DNA of 64,000 nt from an uncultured Chloroflexia bacterium. GTDB lineage: Bacteria > Chloroflexota > Limnocylindria > Limnocylindrales > CSP1-4. Of this stretch, positions 31,075 to 40,630 are shown in pieces. Positions within the stretch are counted from its first letter, which is position 1. Each line of letters starts with the position of its first letter. The notes under the pieces were generated by a model. It worked only from the letters and a program-made list of their open reading frames with translations. It was not told the DNA's origin and did not search any database. Both the position numbers and the translations under genes were made by a program. Where the stretch lies: positions 13,085-77,084 of the forward strand of contig CAVSEO010000001.1 in the NCBI GenBank assembly GCA_963727005.1, read 5' to 3'.

Positions 31075-31749
31075 TCAGGGCCGGGTTTCTGTGGCCCGAT
31101 TGGGCGGTCCGCCGTCATCCCCGGCGCCGCTGGATCGCGGACCGATCCGTCGCTCCTTGCCGGCCAGGAGCCGCTGGATGTTGTCCGCGTGGAACAGCCA
31201 GATCAGGCCGGGCACGCCCACTCCGTACAGGAAGTAGATCGGGGGAAGGTTGGCGACGACCGTCACGACGACCATGGCCGCGCCGCCGATGGCGCTGGCC
31301 GCAAGGGAGCCGAGCGAGGAGACGCGGGTCAGCAGGATCGTGACGGCGAACACGGGGAAGATGGCCGCCAGAATCAACGGCTCGATGACCAGGGCGCCGC
31401 CGGTGGCCGGCGCGACTCCGCGGCCGCCATGCATGGCGATGAACGGGGAGCGGCTGTGGCCGACGATCGCCGCCAGCGCGGCCAGGATCCGCGGAACGTC
31501 GCCGCCGCCTATGGCGATGACAAGGAGGACGGCCGCGCTCGCCTTGGCGACGTCCAGGAGGCCCGAGACCGCGGCCCAGCGATAGCCGACTGCTCGGGAG
31601 ACGTTCGCGCCGCCGGTCCGGCCGCTGCCGACCGTCCGCGGATCCGGTCCGCCGATCAGACGCGGCACGATGATCCCGAATGGAATGCCGCCGAGTAGAT
31701 AGCCCGCGACCAGCGCGAAGGCGACCCGGACAAGGTCGATTGTCTGCAT
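31075..31749 (-). CDS. plsY: glycerol-3-phosphate acyltransferase (acyl-phosphate dependent)
   Basis: YLLGGIPFG, GSGRTGGANVSR, HSRSPF. Polytopic membrane protein. Confidence 0.9.
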   Translation of the reverse strand: MQTIDLVRVAFALVAGYLLGGIPFGIIVPRLIGGPDPRTVGSGRTGGANVSRAVGYRWAAVSGLLDVAKASAAVLLVIAIGGGDVPRILAALAAIVGHSRSPFIAMHGGRGVAPATGGALVIEPLILAAIFPVFAVTILLTRVSSLGSLAASAIGGAAMVVVTVVANLPPIYFLYGVGVPGLIWLFHADNIQRLLAGKERRIGPRSSGAGDDGGPPNRATETRP

Positions 31750-31836
31750 CGCCCGGAAGTATAGGTCGGCGGATCGAGTCCGACCGCGATCGCTACGGCC
31801 CGCGGAACACGTCGGCCGCGAGGACCCGGCCTGCAG

Positions 31837-32952
31837 CTAGGGCGTCCGGTGGTCGCCGGATTCGGCCAGTGCCGCGATCAGCCGCTCGGGGTGGCCACGC
31901 AGCCACGCCCGGCGTTGCGGGTCCGAGGCCACTTCGTCGACCAGCTCCGCGAGGCGGGCATTGACCGGAGTCCGTATCTCCAGCTCCGCTCCGGCGCGGG
32001 CCACGGCGCCGTTCATCCAGGGGGCCTCGGTGGGCTCGGAGGCGGCGCCGTCGGGAGGTGCCGATCCGACGTGGATCCGCAGCGATGGCGCCTTGCCGGC
32101 CCGAGCCCCGCCGACGGCACGGGTCAGGATCGGGCGGCCGAGCCATGCCGGCATGCGGAACCCTCGCGCCAGCCACGGAACCGGAGCGCCCGGGAGCGCG
32201 ACCGGCCGAAGCCCGAGCCCGGCCATGACCGCCAGCGTCTCGAGGATCTGCCGCCGTTCGATGGCGAAGAGCCGCTTGTCTCGATAGATCCGTTCGGCGT
32301 CCATGTCGAGGATCGCTCCGGTCGCGTTGGCCAGCAGGTTGGCGAGCAGCTTCGACCACTTCATGGAGCGAGCGTCGGGGAGCCGAGCCGCCCGGATCCC
32401 GGCGCCGCGGAATTCTGCGGTCAGGCCCTGCAAGAGCGGTTCCGCGTCCGGCGTCGCGGCCGCAAGACCCAACCCGCCCCTGCCCATCCACTCGACCGCG
32501 TCCTCGGACGCGAGCCGGATGGGCGCGGTGAGCGATCCGGCCACGATGGGCGCCCCGGGGCGGACCTGCGCCGCGATCTCCTCCGCGCCGATGCCGTTCT
32601 CGACGGTGAGCGTCGGAACGGACGGCCAGAGCAGCGTCGGCGACAGCGCGTCGCGCAGGGCGGGCATCTTGACGGCCACGAGGATCAGGTCCGGGGCGGG
32701 GGCGTCTTGCGTGCGAGTCACCCGCCGGACCGGAATCGTGACCCGCCTGCCGTCCGGGCGGACCAGGTCGATCGGTCGCTCGGAGTCGGGCTCGAAGATG
32801 CGGACGAGCGTGACGTCATCCCCCACGGAGCCGAGGAGAGCCCCGAGAAACGACCCGACGGCGCCGGCTCCCACGACCAGCACGCGCCTCGGTGGCGGCG
32901 CGGCCTCGTCGGAAGCGCCCGGGAGCGGGTGGGATCTCACGCCGACCGACAT
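31837..32952 (-). CDS. ApbA/PanE (ketopantoate reductase) family NAD(P)-dependent oxidoreductase
   Basis: RVLVVGAGAVGSFLGALLG Rossmann motif, VAVKMPAL, KWSKLLANLLANA. Start abuts the stop of the upstream Fe-S subunit gene. Confidence 0.75.
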   Translation of the reverse strand: MSVGVRSHPLPGASDEAAPPPRRVLVVGAGAVGSFLGALLGSVGDDVTLVRIFEPDSERPIDLVRPDGRRVTIPVRRVTRTQDAPAPDLILVAVKMPALRDALSPTLLWPSVPTLTVENGIGAEEIAAQVRPGAPIVAGSLTAPIRLASEDAVEWMGRGGLGLAAATPDAEPLLQGLTAEFRGAGIRAARLPDARSMKWSKLLANLLANATGAILDMDAERIYRDKRLFAIERRQILETLAVMAGLGLRPVALPGAPVPWLARGFRMPAWLGRPILTRAVGGARAGKAPSLRIHVGSAPPDGAASEPTEAPWMNGAVARAGAELEIRTPVNARLAELVDEVASDPQRRAWLRGHPERLIAALAESGDHRTP

Positions 32953-33817
32953 CTAGTCGCCGCGGCCGAAGAGCGACTTGACGCGGCCGATCGCGACTCG
33001 ACGGCGAAGCCGGAACAACGCCTGTGCCGGATCCACGGCCGAAGGGCAGACCGCCGTGCATTGCATGGCATCGCGGCATCGCCACACCAAATCCGGCTCT
33101 GCCGCCAGTGCGAGCACCGGGCCGAGCGGCTGGCCGCGAGGCTCTTCGGCGACGCGGGCGGCAGCCGCGAGCGCGGCAGGGCCCAGGTAGGACCGATCGG
33201 CGCGCGAGATCGGGCACGCCGACAGGCACAGGCCGCACTCGATGCAGTTCTCCAACCGGGTGTACGCCTTCACGCCCTCCGGCGGCTCCAGCCCCGCGCC
33301 TCCTTCGACCGATCGCGTCAGCGGAAGGCCGGCCGCCTCGAAGCGGGCGTAGAAGTCGACCATGTCCGTCGCCAGGTCCGCCACGGGACGCTGATTCGCG
33401 AGCGGTTCGATCTTGACCGTAGGTCCCGGCAGTCCGGTCGCCTTCGTATCGCAGGCGAGAGATTCGCGACCGTTGACGCGGATGCCGCACGTCCCGCACG
33501 AGGCATGCATGCAGGAATGGCGCAGCACCAGCGACGGGTCCCGGTGCCGCCGGATCTCGATCAGGACGTCCAGCACCGTCATGCCGGGTTCCGGCGTGTA
33601 CTCGAACTCGTCGAAATGGGGCTTGCTGTCGCCCGTCCTGAAGCGGGAGATCCGCCACCGAAGGGCCGGCGGTGCGGGCTCGGCCGGCGGTGCGGGCTCG
33701 GCCGGCGCGGGCCGCCGGTGCGGTCGGCTCGGCCGGCGGTGCGGGCTCGGCCGTCAGGGCCGCCTCCGCCGGGTCAGGCGCCGGCGGCGGGATCTGCGGG
33801 GGCGCCGATTCGGTCAT
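32953..33817 (-). CDS. SdhB/FrdB-like iron-sulfur subunit; one frameshift as assembled near 33700 inside a tandem repeat
   Basis: CMHASCGTCGIRVNG (2Fe-2S), CIECGLCLSACP and CTAVCP (4Fe-4S/3Fe-4S). N-terminus MTESAPPQIPPPAPDPAEAALTAEPAPPAEP... is in the frame of ORF 32816..33895. ATGA overlap with the glpA-like stop. Confidence 0.75.
33664..33755 (-). repeat. about 4 tandem copies of an 18-nt unit (GGCCGGCGGTGCGGGCTC) encoding AEPAPP repeats
   Basis: Exact copies at 33664, 33682 and 33731. A degenerate copy between them contains the frame change. Confidence 0.6.
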
Positions 33818-35040
33818 CGCGAGTACCAGGCTGTGTGAGGGAGCAGCGTCACCTCGGCCGTCTGGCCCGCCCGGTCGATTCCGAGCTTGCCGCAAACCAT
33901 GTCGGCCGCGACTTCGGCCGTGGCCCGCAAGCTCGTCGTCATGCCGCCCGCGATCGTGACGAAGCCCTCGATCGGAGTGGCATCCAGGGCGTGGTCGAAG
34001 CAGTGCGATTCGCGGGCCGAGCCCGGCCCGGCCACGGCGCCACTATCGCCGACGAGGGGTCGCACGGCCGACCAGGTGGCTCTGATCTGCGCGCCTCGAA
34101 GAGCCGGCAGCAACCTCGATGCTTCGCTCACGACCGCCTCTACATGATCGGCCGGGACGCCCTGATCGTCCGGCTCGCCGACCGGCCGCGAGCTCGTCCC
34201 GAGCACGGTCATCTGGCGCTGGGGAAGCGCTACGTCGCCGTCGCCCGGGGCGTGGAGCCGGTTGACGACCATGTTGCAGTGACGGCCGCGCACGGCGACC
34301 AGGACTCCGGCCGAGAGCTCGATCGGGACCGTGACGCCGGCCATCGCGGCCACTTTGCCCGCCCACGCCCCCGCGGCGTTGACGACGAGATCCGCGCCGA
34401 TCTCGTAATCGCGGCCGGCGGCGTGGTCGCGGACCGCAACTCCACGGACCGACGGCCCGGCCAGCGTCACGCCCGTCACCTCGGTGAAGGCGAGGATCTC
34501 GGCACCGTTGCGCCTGGCCGTGGCGAAGAATCGCAAGGCCAGCCGCATGGGGTCCATCGTGGCATCGGGCACCTGCACCGCGAGGCGCATCTCCGGGTTG
34601 AGACCCGGCTCCAATCGAAGTGCCTCCGCCCGGTCGATCCGGCGGGTGGGGACGGCGCACTGCCAGCATCCCTCGAGGAACTGGCGCTCGAATTCGGCGT
34701 CCTCGTCGGTCAGAGCGACGAACAGCCCGTCGTTCTCCTCGAACGATCCTGGGGCGATGCGCCGCAGGACCTTGTTCTCGGCGATGCACTCGATGGCGGT
34801 GGCACGGTCGGTGGTCGCGAATCGGGCGCCGCTGTGGAGAAGACCCTGGTCACGGCCCGTCGTCCCGGAGATGACCTCGCCCCGTTCGACGAGGGTCACG
34901 CGCAAGCCGCGCAGCGCCAGGTCGTGGGCGAGTGCCCCGCCGGCGCCGCCGCCACCCACGATCAGGACATGGGGCGTCTCTTTCGGGGCCGGTCCGGGCG
35001 CCCGTCTGCGCTTCGGTTCGGCGGTCGACTTGGGGCTCAT
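33814..35040 (-). CDS. FAD-dependent glycerol-3-phosphate dehydrogenase, GlpA-like
   Basis: HVLIVGGGGAGGALAHDLALRGLRVTLVERGEVISGTTGRDQGLLHSGARFA closely matches the GlpA/GlpD N-terminal signature. ATG at 35040. The track ORF extends upstream as junk. Confidence 0.85.
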   Translation of the reverse strand: MSPKSTAEPKRRRAPGPAPKETPHVLIVGGGGAGGALAHDLALRGLRVTLVERGEVISGTTGRDQGLLHSGARFATTDRATAIECIAENKVLRRIAPGSFEENDGLFVALTDEDAEFERQFLEGCWQCAVPTRRIDRAEALRLEPGLNPEMRLAVQVPDATMDPMRLALRFFATARRNGAEILAFTEVTGVTLAGPSVRGVAVRDHAAGRDYEIGADLVVNAAGAWAGKVAAMAGVTVPIELSAGVLVAVRGRHCNMVVNRLHAPGDGDVALPQRQMTVLGTSSRPVGEPDDQGVPADHVEAVVSEASRLLPALRGAQIRATWSAVRPLVGDSGAVAGPGSARESHCFDHALDATPIEGFVTIAGGMTTSLRATAEVAADMVCGKLGIDRAGQTAEVTLLPHTAWYSR

Positions 35041-35168
35041 CGTCCTTAGACTAGCCGCGGCCGGCGAGGTCGTCTCGTGCGATTCGCCCGGCGCCGGGCG
35101 GACGACCGCTGATGCGCCCTGCGGGCGAGACGGCAGCGACGACGCCGCGCGCGTGCGGAAGGGACACC

Positions 35169-36635
35169 ATGGCGGAGATGCGGACGCCACGAAGAGCGAT
35201 CGGAATCCGAACTCGGGGCTTTGCCCTGGCCCTGGCGTTGGGAGCGCTCGCGGGCGCCTGCGGGTCGGCGACGCCGTCGACGTTCGAGCCTTCCCCGACG
35301 GTGGTGGCATCCCCGGCCGCCACTCCCACGCCGGAGCCAACGCCCTCTGCCACGCCGACGCCCTCTCCCAGCCCCTCCGCCACTCCGTCGGACCTGGGGG
35401 ATTGGCCCGTCTACCACCTCGACGCCGAGAGGACCGGCTACGCCCCGGCATTTCCTGCATTCACCGGCAAGCTGACCGCGGCCTGGTCGGCGAAGCTGGA
35501 CGGCGCGGTATACGGTCAACCGCTGGTGGTGCACGGGCGAGTGATCGCCGCCACCGAAGGAGACAGCGTCTACGCCCTCGACCCGGCCAGCGGCGCGACC
35601 GTGTGGCGCACCAACCTGGGAACGCCGGTCCGGCAGTCGACGCTGCCGTGCGGCGACATCGACCCGCTCGGCATAACGGGAACGCCCGCCTACGATCGGG
35701 CGACGAACCTGCTGTTCGCCGTCGCGGAGGTGACGGGACCTCATCACATCCTCTTCGCGCTGGACGCCGATTCCGGGACGGTGGCCTGGTCCCGCAACGT
35801 GGACCTCCCCGGCAGCGATCCGAGGACCCACCAGCAGCGACCCGCCCTGGCGGTGGCAAACGACTACGTCTACATCGGCATCGGAGGCCTGGCCGGCGAT
35901 TGCGGCCAGTACACGGGCAAGGTCGTCGGAGTGCCCACGAGTGGGCAGGGCGCGACGATCTCCTATGTCGTGCCGGTAGCCCGCGAAGGTGCGGTCTGGG
36001 CGACGGGCGGTCCCGCGATCGACGCCGCCGGGAACCTGTACGTGTCGACCGGCAACGGCAGCTCCACCTCCAAGTACGACGGCAGCGACTCCGTCGTCCA
36101 GCTCTCGCCGGCTCTGCTGCCGATCTCATGGTTCGCGCCCAAGAACTGGGCTCAGGACAACGCCAACGACGCGGACCTGGGCTCCACGAGCCCGATGCTC
36201 CTGCCCGGAGGCTGGGTCCTGATCGTCGGCAAGAACGGGCAGGGATACGTGCTGCGCCAGGGTGCGCTCGGCGGGATAGGCGGACAGGTGTCTTCGACCG
36301 CGGTATGCGCGGCATTCGGGGCCGCTGCCCGAGACGGCAACGTGGTCTACGTGCCCTGCCAGGACGGGCTCCGCCAGGTCGAGATCACGGCCGGGGGGTC
36401 GATCACGGTGGGCTGGCGGACGGCGACCGGGGCCGGCGGCCCCCCGGTGGTCGGCGGAGGCGCGGTCTGGAGCCTCAACATCGACGGGGGCAAGCTCTAC
36501 GCGCTCGATCCGAAGACAGGCGGCGCTCTGGCCAGCTTCCCCGTCGGCGATCTGCCCCATTTCGCCTCTCCGACTCTGTGGCAGGGCCAGGTATTCATAG
36601 GGACGATGGCCGGCGTGTCGGCCGTCAAGGCTTGA
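35169..36635 (+). CDS. PQQ-like beta-propeller repeat lipoprotein with Pro/Thr/Ser linker
   Basis: Lipobox LALGALAGAC, linker SPAATPTPEPTPSATPTPSPSPSATPS, then repeated ...YALDPASGATVWR / FALDADSGTVAWS / YALDPKTGGAL... propeller blades. Confidence 0.8.
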   Translation: MAEMRTPRRAIGIRTRGFALALALGALAGACGSATPSTFEPSPTVVASPAATPTPEPTPSATPTPSPSPSATPSDLGDWPVYHLDAERTGYAPAFPAFTGKLTAAWSAKLDGAVYGQPLVVHGRVIAATEGDSVYALDPASGATVWRTNLGTPVRQSTLPCGDIDPLGITGTPAYDRATNLLFAVAEVTGPHHILFALDADSGTVAWSRNVDLPGSDPRTHQQRPALAVANDYVYIGIGGLAGDCGQYTGKVVGVPTSGQGATISYVVPVAREGAVWATGGPAIDAAGNLYVSTGNGSSTSKYDGSDSVVQLSPALLPISWFAPKNWAQDNANDADLGSTSPMLLPGGWVLIVGKNGQGYVLRQGALGGIGGQVSSTAVCAAFGAAARDGNVVYVPCQDGLRQVEITAGGSITVGWRTATGAGGPPVVGGGAVWSLNIDGGKLYALDPKTGGALASFPVGDLPHFASPTLWQGQVFIGTMAGVSAVKA

Positions 36636-36710
36636 TGCCGAGGCGGCCGCGCTAAGCTTTAGCGACACCGAACCAACCGCCGCCGAGGCTCACAACCCAG
36701 GAGATGCCCG

Positions 36711-37248
36711 ATGGCCCGGATGTCACCGGAGGAGGCCGACGCCTACCGCAAGCCCGTGCTCGACGCGCTGGGTGCGGATGACCCATTCGAAGTCCAGGAG
36801 GCCGAGTTCGAGGCCTGGCAAGCGGATGGTGAAAGCCGCCGGCGAGGATCTCCGCGAACGTCCGGCGCACGAGGAATGGTCGGTCGTCGAGCTCCTGGGT
36901 CATATCGTGGACTCGGAGCTGGTGAGTTCGACGCGTTACCGCTGGATGCTCGCCGAGAAGGAACCGGCGCTGCCCGGCTTCGACCAGGAGGCGTGGACGG
37001 CTCAGTTCAACCACCGCAGCGACGACCCGGAGTTGCTGCTGACGCTCTTCGGGGCGCTGAGGCTGGCCAACCTGGACCTGTGGGAGCGGACCGAGGTCCA
37101 GGAACGCGACCGCTTCGGTATCCACGCCGAGCGGGGACCGGAGTCGTTCGAGCTTCTGTTCCGGCTGCAGGCCGGCCACGGCCGCGTGCATTTGAAGCAG
37201 GCCGGGGAAGCGCTGGCGGCCGTCCGGAGCCGCCGATCGCCGGCCTGA
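36711..37248 (+). CDS. DinB-family protein; one frameshift as assembled near 36820
   Basis: N-terminus MARMSPEEADAYRKPVLDALGADDPFEV in the frame of ORF 36711..37301. Body in ORF 36772..37248 with EWSVVELLGHIVDSELV and HLKQ. Confidence 0.75.
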
Positions 37249-37278
37249 CCCGCGCCGACTGGCTATTGGCAGCGCCGG

Positions 37279-38277
37279 GTGGCGTCGGTACTCTTCGATG
37301 AGTTGGGGACACGTCACAGCCGGGAGGATGGGCTCTTGAACATTGCCGCGGTCATCGCAGCCACGGGCATAACGGCCGTCGCGGCATTCTTCTTCCTCCT
37401 GGAGTGGGACGCTCTGAAGGAAAGCCATGCCCGGCCCGCGGCGCACATCCTCAACGCCGGCCGGTGGGGCTGCGTGATCGCCCTGTGCTGGGTCCTCATC
37501 CCCGCGGCCGTCTCGGCACCCGTGGCGGAACGGGCGGCGACTCTGGTGGGCCTGGCCGCCCTGACCGGCGCCTTGATGCTCGTCCCGGCACGCTGGTTCG
37601 TCCGCGTCGGCGGCCGGCAGCCGCTCTGGGAGCTGCGGCGCATCCGAGTCGATGTGACTCGATTGGCGAACTCGGTCCGGCGAGACCCGGGATCGGCGGC
37701 CCCGGGTCCTACGCGGGATCTGATCGATCGCATCGCCCGGGCCTACACGCCCGAAACGGCCGAGTTGTGCAATCTGCTCGTGGCCGAGCTGACGGACGTG
37801 CTCAGCGGCAACGAATCGTGGAACGAGGCGGGCCGGCGAACCATCCGGATCGACGAGCTGTGCCGCGAATTCTGGCCGGACGACATGCCCCCGCCGGACT
37901 TCGACGTCCCCGAAGCCACCTTCCGGTGGCGCATGTACCGGACCCTGGGGCAGCTCATAGAGATCGGCATGGACAGCCCCGAAGCCGAGGCCCGCGCCGA
38001 GTTCTTGCGCCTGCTGCGCTCTCTCGACGGCTTCCGGCGGCCGGACACGAGGGATCTGATCCGCGACATCCGGCGCTCGGCCAACCTCTGGCTCGCCAAG
38101 CGTTCAGCCGAACAACCCTGGATCGAGGCATTCGACTTCTCTGTCCTGGGCCCTCACGGACCCGAAGAAGTCAAGCGCATATGGGGCCGGGACGCCGCCC
38201 TGTGGGGTGCGGAGCTCGAGGAGGACGACCGCCGCGCTCTCCAGGAGGACCTGGCGAGGCGCGCTTCGCCGTCCTAG
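37279..38277 (+). CDS. hypothetical membrane-anchored protein
   Basis: 332-aa ORF, three N-terminal hydrophobic segments then a soluble helical domain. No family recognised. Confidence 0.5.
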   Translation: MASVLFDELGTRHSREDGLLNIAAVIAATGITAVAAFFFLLEWDALKESHARPAAHILNAGRWGCVIALCWVLIPAAVSAPVAERAATLVGLAALTGALMLVPARWFVRVGGRQPLWELRRIRVDVTRLANSVRRDPGSAAPGPTRDLIDRIARAYTPETAELCNLLVAELTDVLSGNESWNEAGRRTIRIDELCREFWPDDMPPPDFDVPEATFRWRMYRTLGQLIEIGMDSPEAEARAEFLRLLRSLDGFRRPDTRDLIRDIRRSANLWLAKRSAEQPWIEAFDFSVLGPHGPEEVKRIWGRDAALWGAELEEDDRRALQEDLARRASPS

Positions 38278-39278
38278 CCGTTCGCGTTCTGGCGGCCCAG
38301 GATCCGGTCGATCTGGTCCATCTGCTCCGGCGTGAGCGGCCCGAACTCCATCGCCTTCGCGTTCTCCTCGACCTGGGCGACGGTTCGGAAGCCCGGGATC
38401 GGGACGGTGTTCGGGCTGCGGCCCCAGATCCAGGCCAGCGCGCCCTGGGCGAGGGTCCGGCCGTTGCCGGTGAGTACGTCTCGGATGGAGGCGAGGGCGT
38501 CCAGCCATTCCCGGGTCGCGTGGCCGTCCTTGATGCCCGGGAACCAGTCCACTTTCTGGCGGACGTCGCCGTCCGCGAACCGCGTCTCCGGCGTCATCTT
38601 GCCGGTGAGCACGCCCATCCCCAGCGGGGCTCGAACGACGATGCCGAGGTTCAGCTTCTCGGCCAGTTGAGTCAGCTCCGCGCTGCCGGTCAGGACGTTC
38701 AGTTGCTGCTCGAGGACGCCGCAGCCGGGCCCGGTGGAGAAGGCCTCGATCGCGTCGACCCGGTCCGTGCTCCAGCCGTAGGTCCGGATCTTGCCCTCCG
38801 TGACGAGGTCCTCGAAGACCTCGCGAGCCTCCAGGGCGCGCTCGATCGAAAGGCCCCACGTATGCAGCAGATAGACGTCGACGTAGTCGGTCTGCAACCG
38901 CCGAAGGGTGTTCTCGAGGTCGGCCCGCAGGTGCGGGGCGACGTCGCTCTCTTCCTCGGTCGCTCCGTAATAGTCGACCGATCTGCCGGCCTCGTCGACC
39001 TTGTGACCAACCTTGGTGGCGATGACCGCCTGGTCGCGACGGCCCGACAGAGCTTGTCCCAGGACCCGCTCGCTGTGGCCGGCGCCGTAATTGGCCGCGG
39101 TGTCGAAGAAGCCGGCGCCGAGTTCCAGGGCGGCGTGGATCGCCCGTGTCGACTCGGCGTCGTCAACGACCCCCCAGCCCGCCTCGGCACCGGCCAGGGC
39201 CCAGGTCCCGCCGATGGCCCAGCAGCCCATCCCGACGGCGGGAACCTCGATGCCGCTTCGTCCGAGCGTTCGCTTCAT
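38274..39278 (-). CDS. aldo/keto reductase
   Basis: GMGCWAIGG, FFDTAANYGAGHSE, DYVDVYLLH, PIPGFRTVAQVEEN. ATG at 39278; the track ORF has a 36-codon junk extension. Confidence 0.9.
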   Translation of the reverse strand: MKRTLGRSGIEVPAVGMGCWAIGGTWALAGAEAGWGVVDDAESTRAIHAALELGAGFFDTAANYGAGHSERVLGQALSGRRDQAVIATKVGHKVDEAGRSVDYYGATEEESDVAPHLRADLENTLRRLQTDYVDVYLLHTWGLSIERALEAREVFEDLVTEGKIRTYGWSTDRVDAIEAFSTGPGCGVLEQQLNVLTGSAELTQLAEKLNLGIVVRAPLGMGVLTGKMTPETRFADGDVRQKVDWFPGIKDGHATREWLDALASIRDVLTGNGRTLAQGALAWIWGRSPNTVPIPGFRTVAQVEENAKAMEFGPLTPEQMDQIDRILGRQNANG

Positions 39279-39280
39279 GT

Positions 39281-40462
39281 CTAGCGCCACGGGATCGGCA
39301 GGATGCCGTCCTTGCGGGCGGCGGGAACATCGACCCAGGCGTAGTCGGCCTCCCCGGCGGCGACGTTCGGCTGGGCCTTCTTCCATTCGGAAAGGCCCGT
39401 CGTGGTCGCCTCATCGAAGGTCGCCCCGCCGATCATCGTCGTTTCGACGAAGTAGTAGGACTGGTCCGTGTTATCCAGGCTGATCGCGACATAGGCGTGG
39501 CCCGGGACGATGACCAGCGCCGAATGCAGGCCGAGGTACTCGGCCGCGGCGGCGTAGAGCAGGGTCAGCTCGATGCAGTTGCCGCTCGACTGGTCGAGGA
39601 CCTCGCCCGGCAGGCGAATTCGTTGTGACTGATTGGCCGCGAAGGTGATCGGGGTGCTGATGTAGGTGAGGCTGTAGTCGTTCGTCTCCGCCTCCCAGAT
39701 GTTCGAAAGGCGCTGCCAGACGGTTCCCTTCTCGTCCATCGCGCTGTCGTAGCCGCTCGTCATGATCTTCCCGGGGTCGTAGTTGGCGGCGGCGCGGATG
39801 AGCGCGTTCACCGACGGGTCGGTGGGGGTGATCATCGCCACGACCAGGTCGTAGTTCTCCTGCGGGGTGAAGCCCTTGATAGACCAGGGGAAGTCGTCCC
39901 GGGAGGTGATCAGGGTCTGGCTCGTCTGGTCGAGGATCGTCCGTGGCTGGCCGGATTCGAGGTACGAGACGACCACGTGCAAGTCGGCCGGGTGCTGGCT
40001 GTTGAGGCTGTCGTAGCCCGCCTGCGTCAACCTTGGGTTCTGGCGAACCTCCTCGGTCCCGTTGGCCGCGACCGTCACCGTGTCGCTGGCCTTGTCCGTG
40101 TAGCCCGAGATGTCGCTCTGGACCGTGACCTTGACCGGCGACGAGTTGGCGTTGTCGATCGTCACCACCACGAAGTCATCGATGAAGCTGCCGTACAGAT
40201 GCGCGATCGGCGTGATCAGCTCCGACGTGTAGACGTAGTCGGCGGTGATCTGATCGACCGTGGCCGCGGCCGCCGTCGCTCTCGGGGCTTCCGACTGGGC
40301 GGCCCCGGACGCCGGCGCGGCGGGAGTGGGCAGGTCGACATGGGCGCCCCCGGACGGCATGACGGCCGGCCAGGTCGCGGACGCACTGCTGCAGCCGGCC
40401 AGCATGACGACCGTGAGCACCAGGGCCCCGAGCCGCCCGTAAGCGTTTCGCCACGACCCCAT
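39281..40462 (-). CDS. lipoprotein with transglutaminase-like cysteine-protease core
   Basis: Lipobox VVMLAGCSS. C-terminal SSGNCIELTLLYAAAAEYLGLHSALVIVPGHAYV resembles the Cys...His core of transglutaminase-like domains. Family assignment is by eye only. Confidence 0.6.
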   Translation of the reverse strand: MGSWRNAYGRLGALVLTVVMLAGCSSASATWPAVMPSGGAHVDLPTPAAPASGAAQSEAPRATAAAATVDQITADYVYTSELITPIAHLYGSFIDDFVVVTIDNANSSPVKVTVQSDISGYTDKASDTVTVAANGTEEVRQNPRLTQAGYDSLNSQHPADLHVVVSYLESGQPRTILDQTSQTLITSRDDFPWSIKGFTPQENYDLVVAMITPTDPSVNALIRAAANYDPGKIMTSGYDSAMDEKGTVWQRLSNIWEAETNDYSLTYISTPITFAANQSQRIRLPGEVLDQSSGNCIELTLLYAAAAEYLGLHSALVIVPGHAYVAISLDNTDQSYYFVETTMIGGATFDEATTTGLSEWKKAQPNVAAGEADYAWVDVPAARKDGILPIPWR

Positions 40463-40630
40463 CGGAACCTCCTCGGCCGCAAGGCGCGGCTGACTCCCTG
40501 CCCGGAATTGGGCGGGACGATGGTAGCGTGGCCCGTGGGCGTCTACCAGGGGCGAATAGTCCGGGCACCCCGACGTGCATCCTGCGTAGCGAATGCCGGG
40601 CGCCGGGGAGCCGGCCGGGTGGGCGCGCGG

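Noticed and set aside
31849-36655. 1066-aa (31849..35049) and 723-aa (34484..36655) plus-strand ORFs
   Set aside because: The first is antisense to the ApbA-like, Fe-S and GlpA-like genes. The second overlaps the GlpA-like gene antisense and the PQQ-lipoprotein gene out of frame. Both translate to Arg/Gly/Pro-rich sequence.
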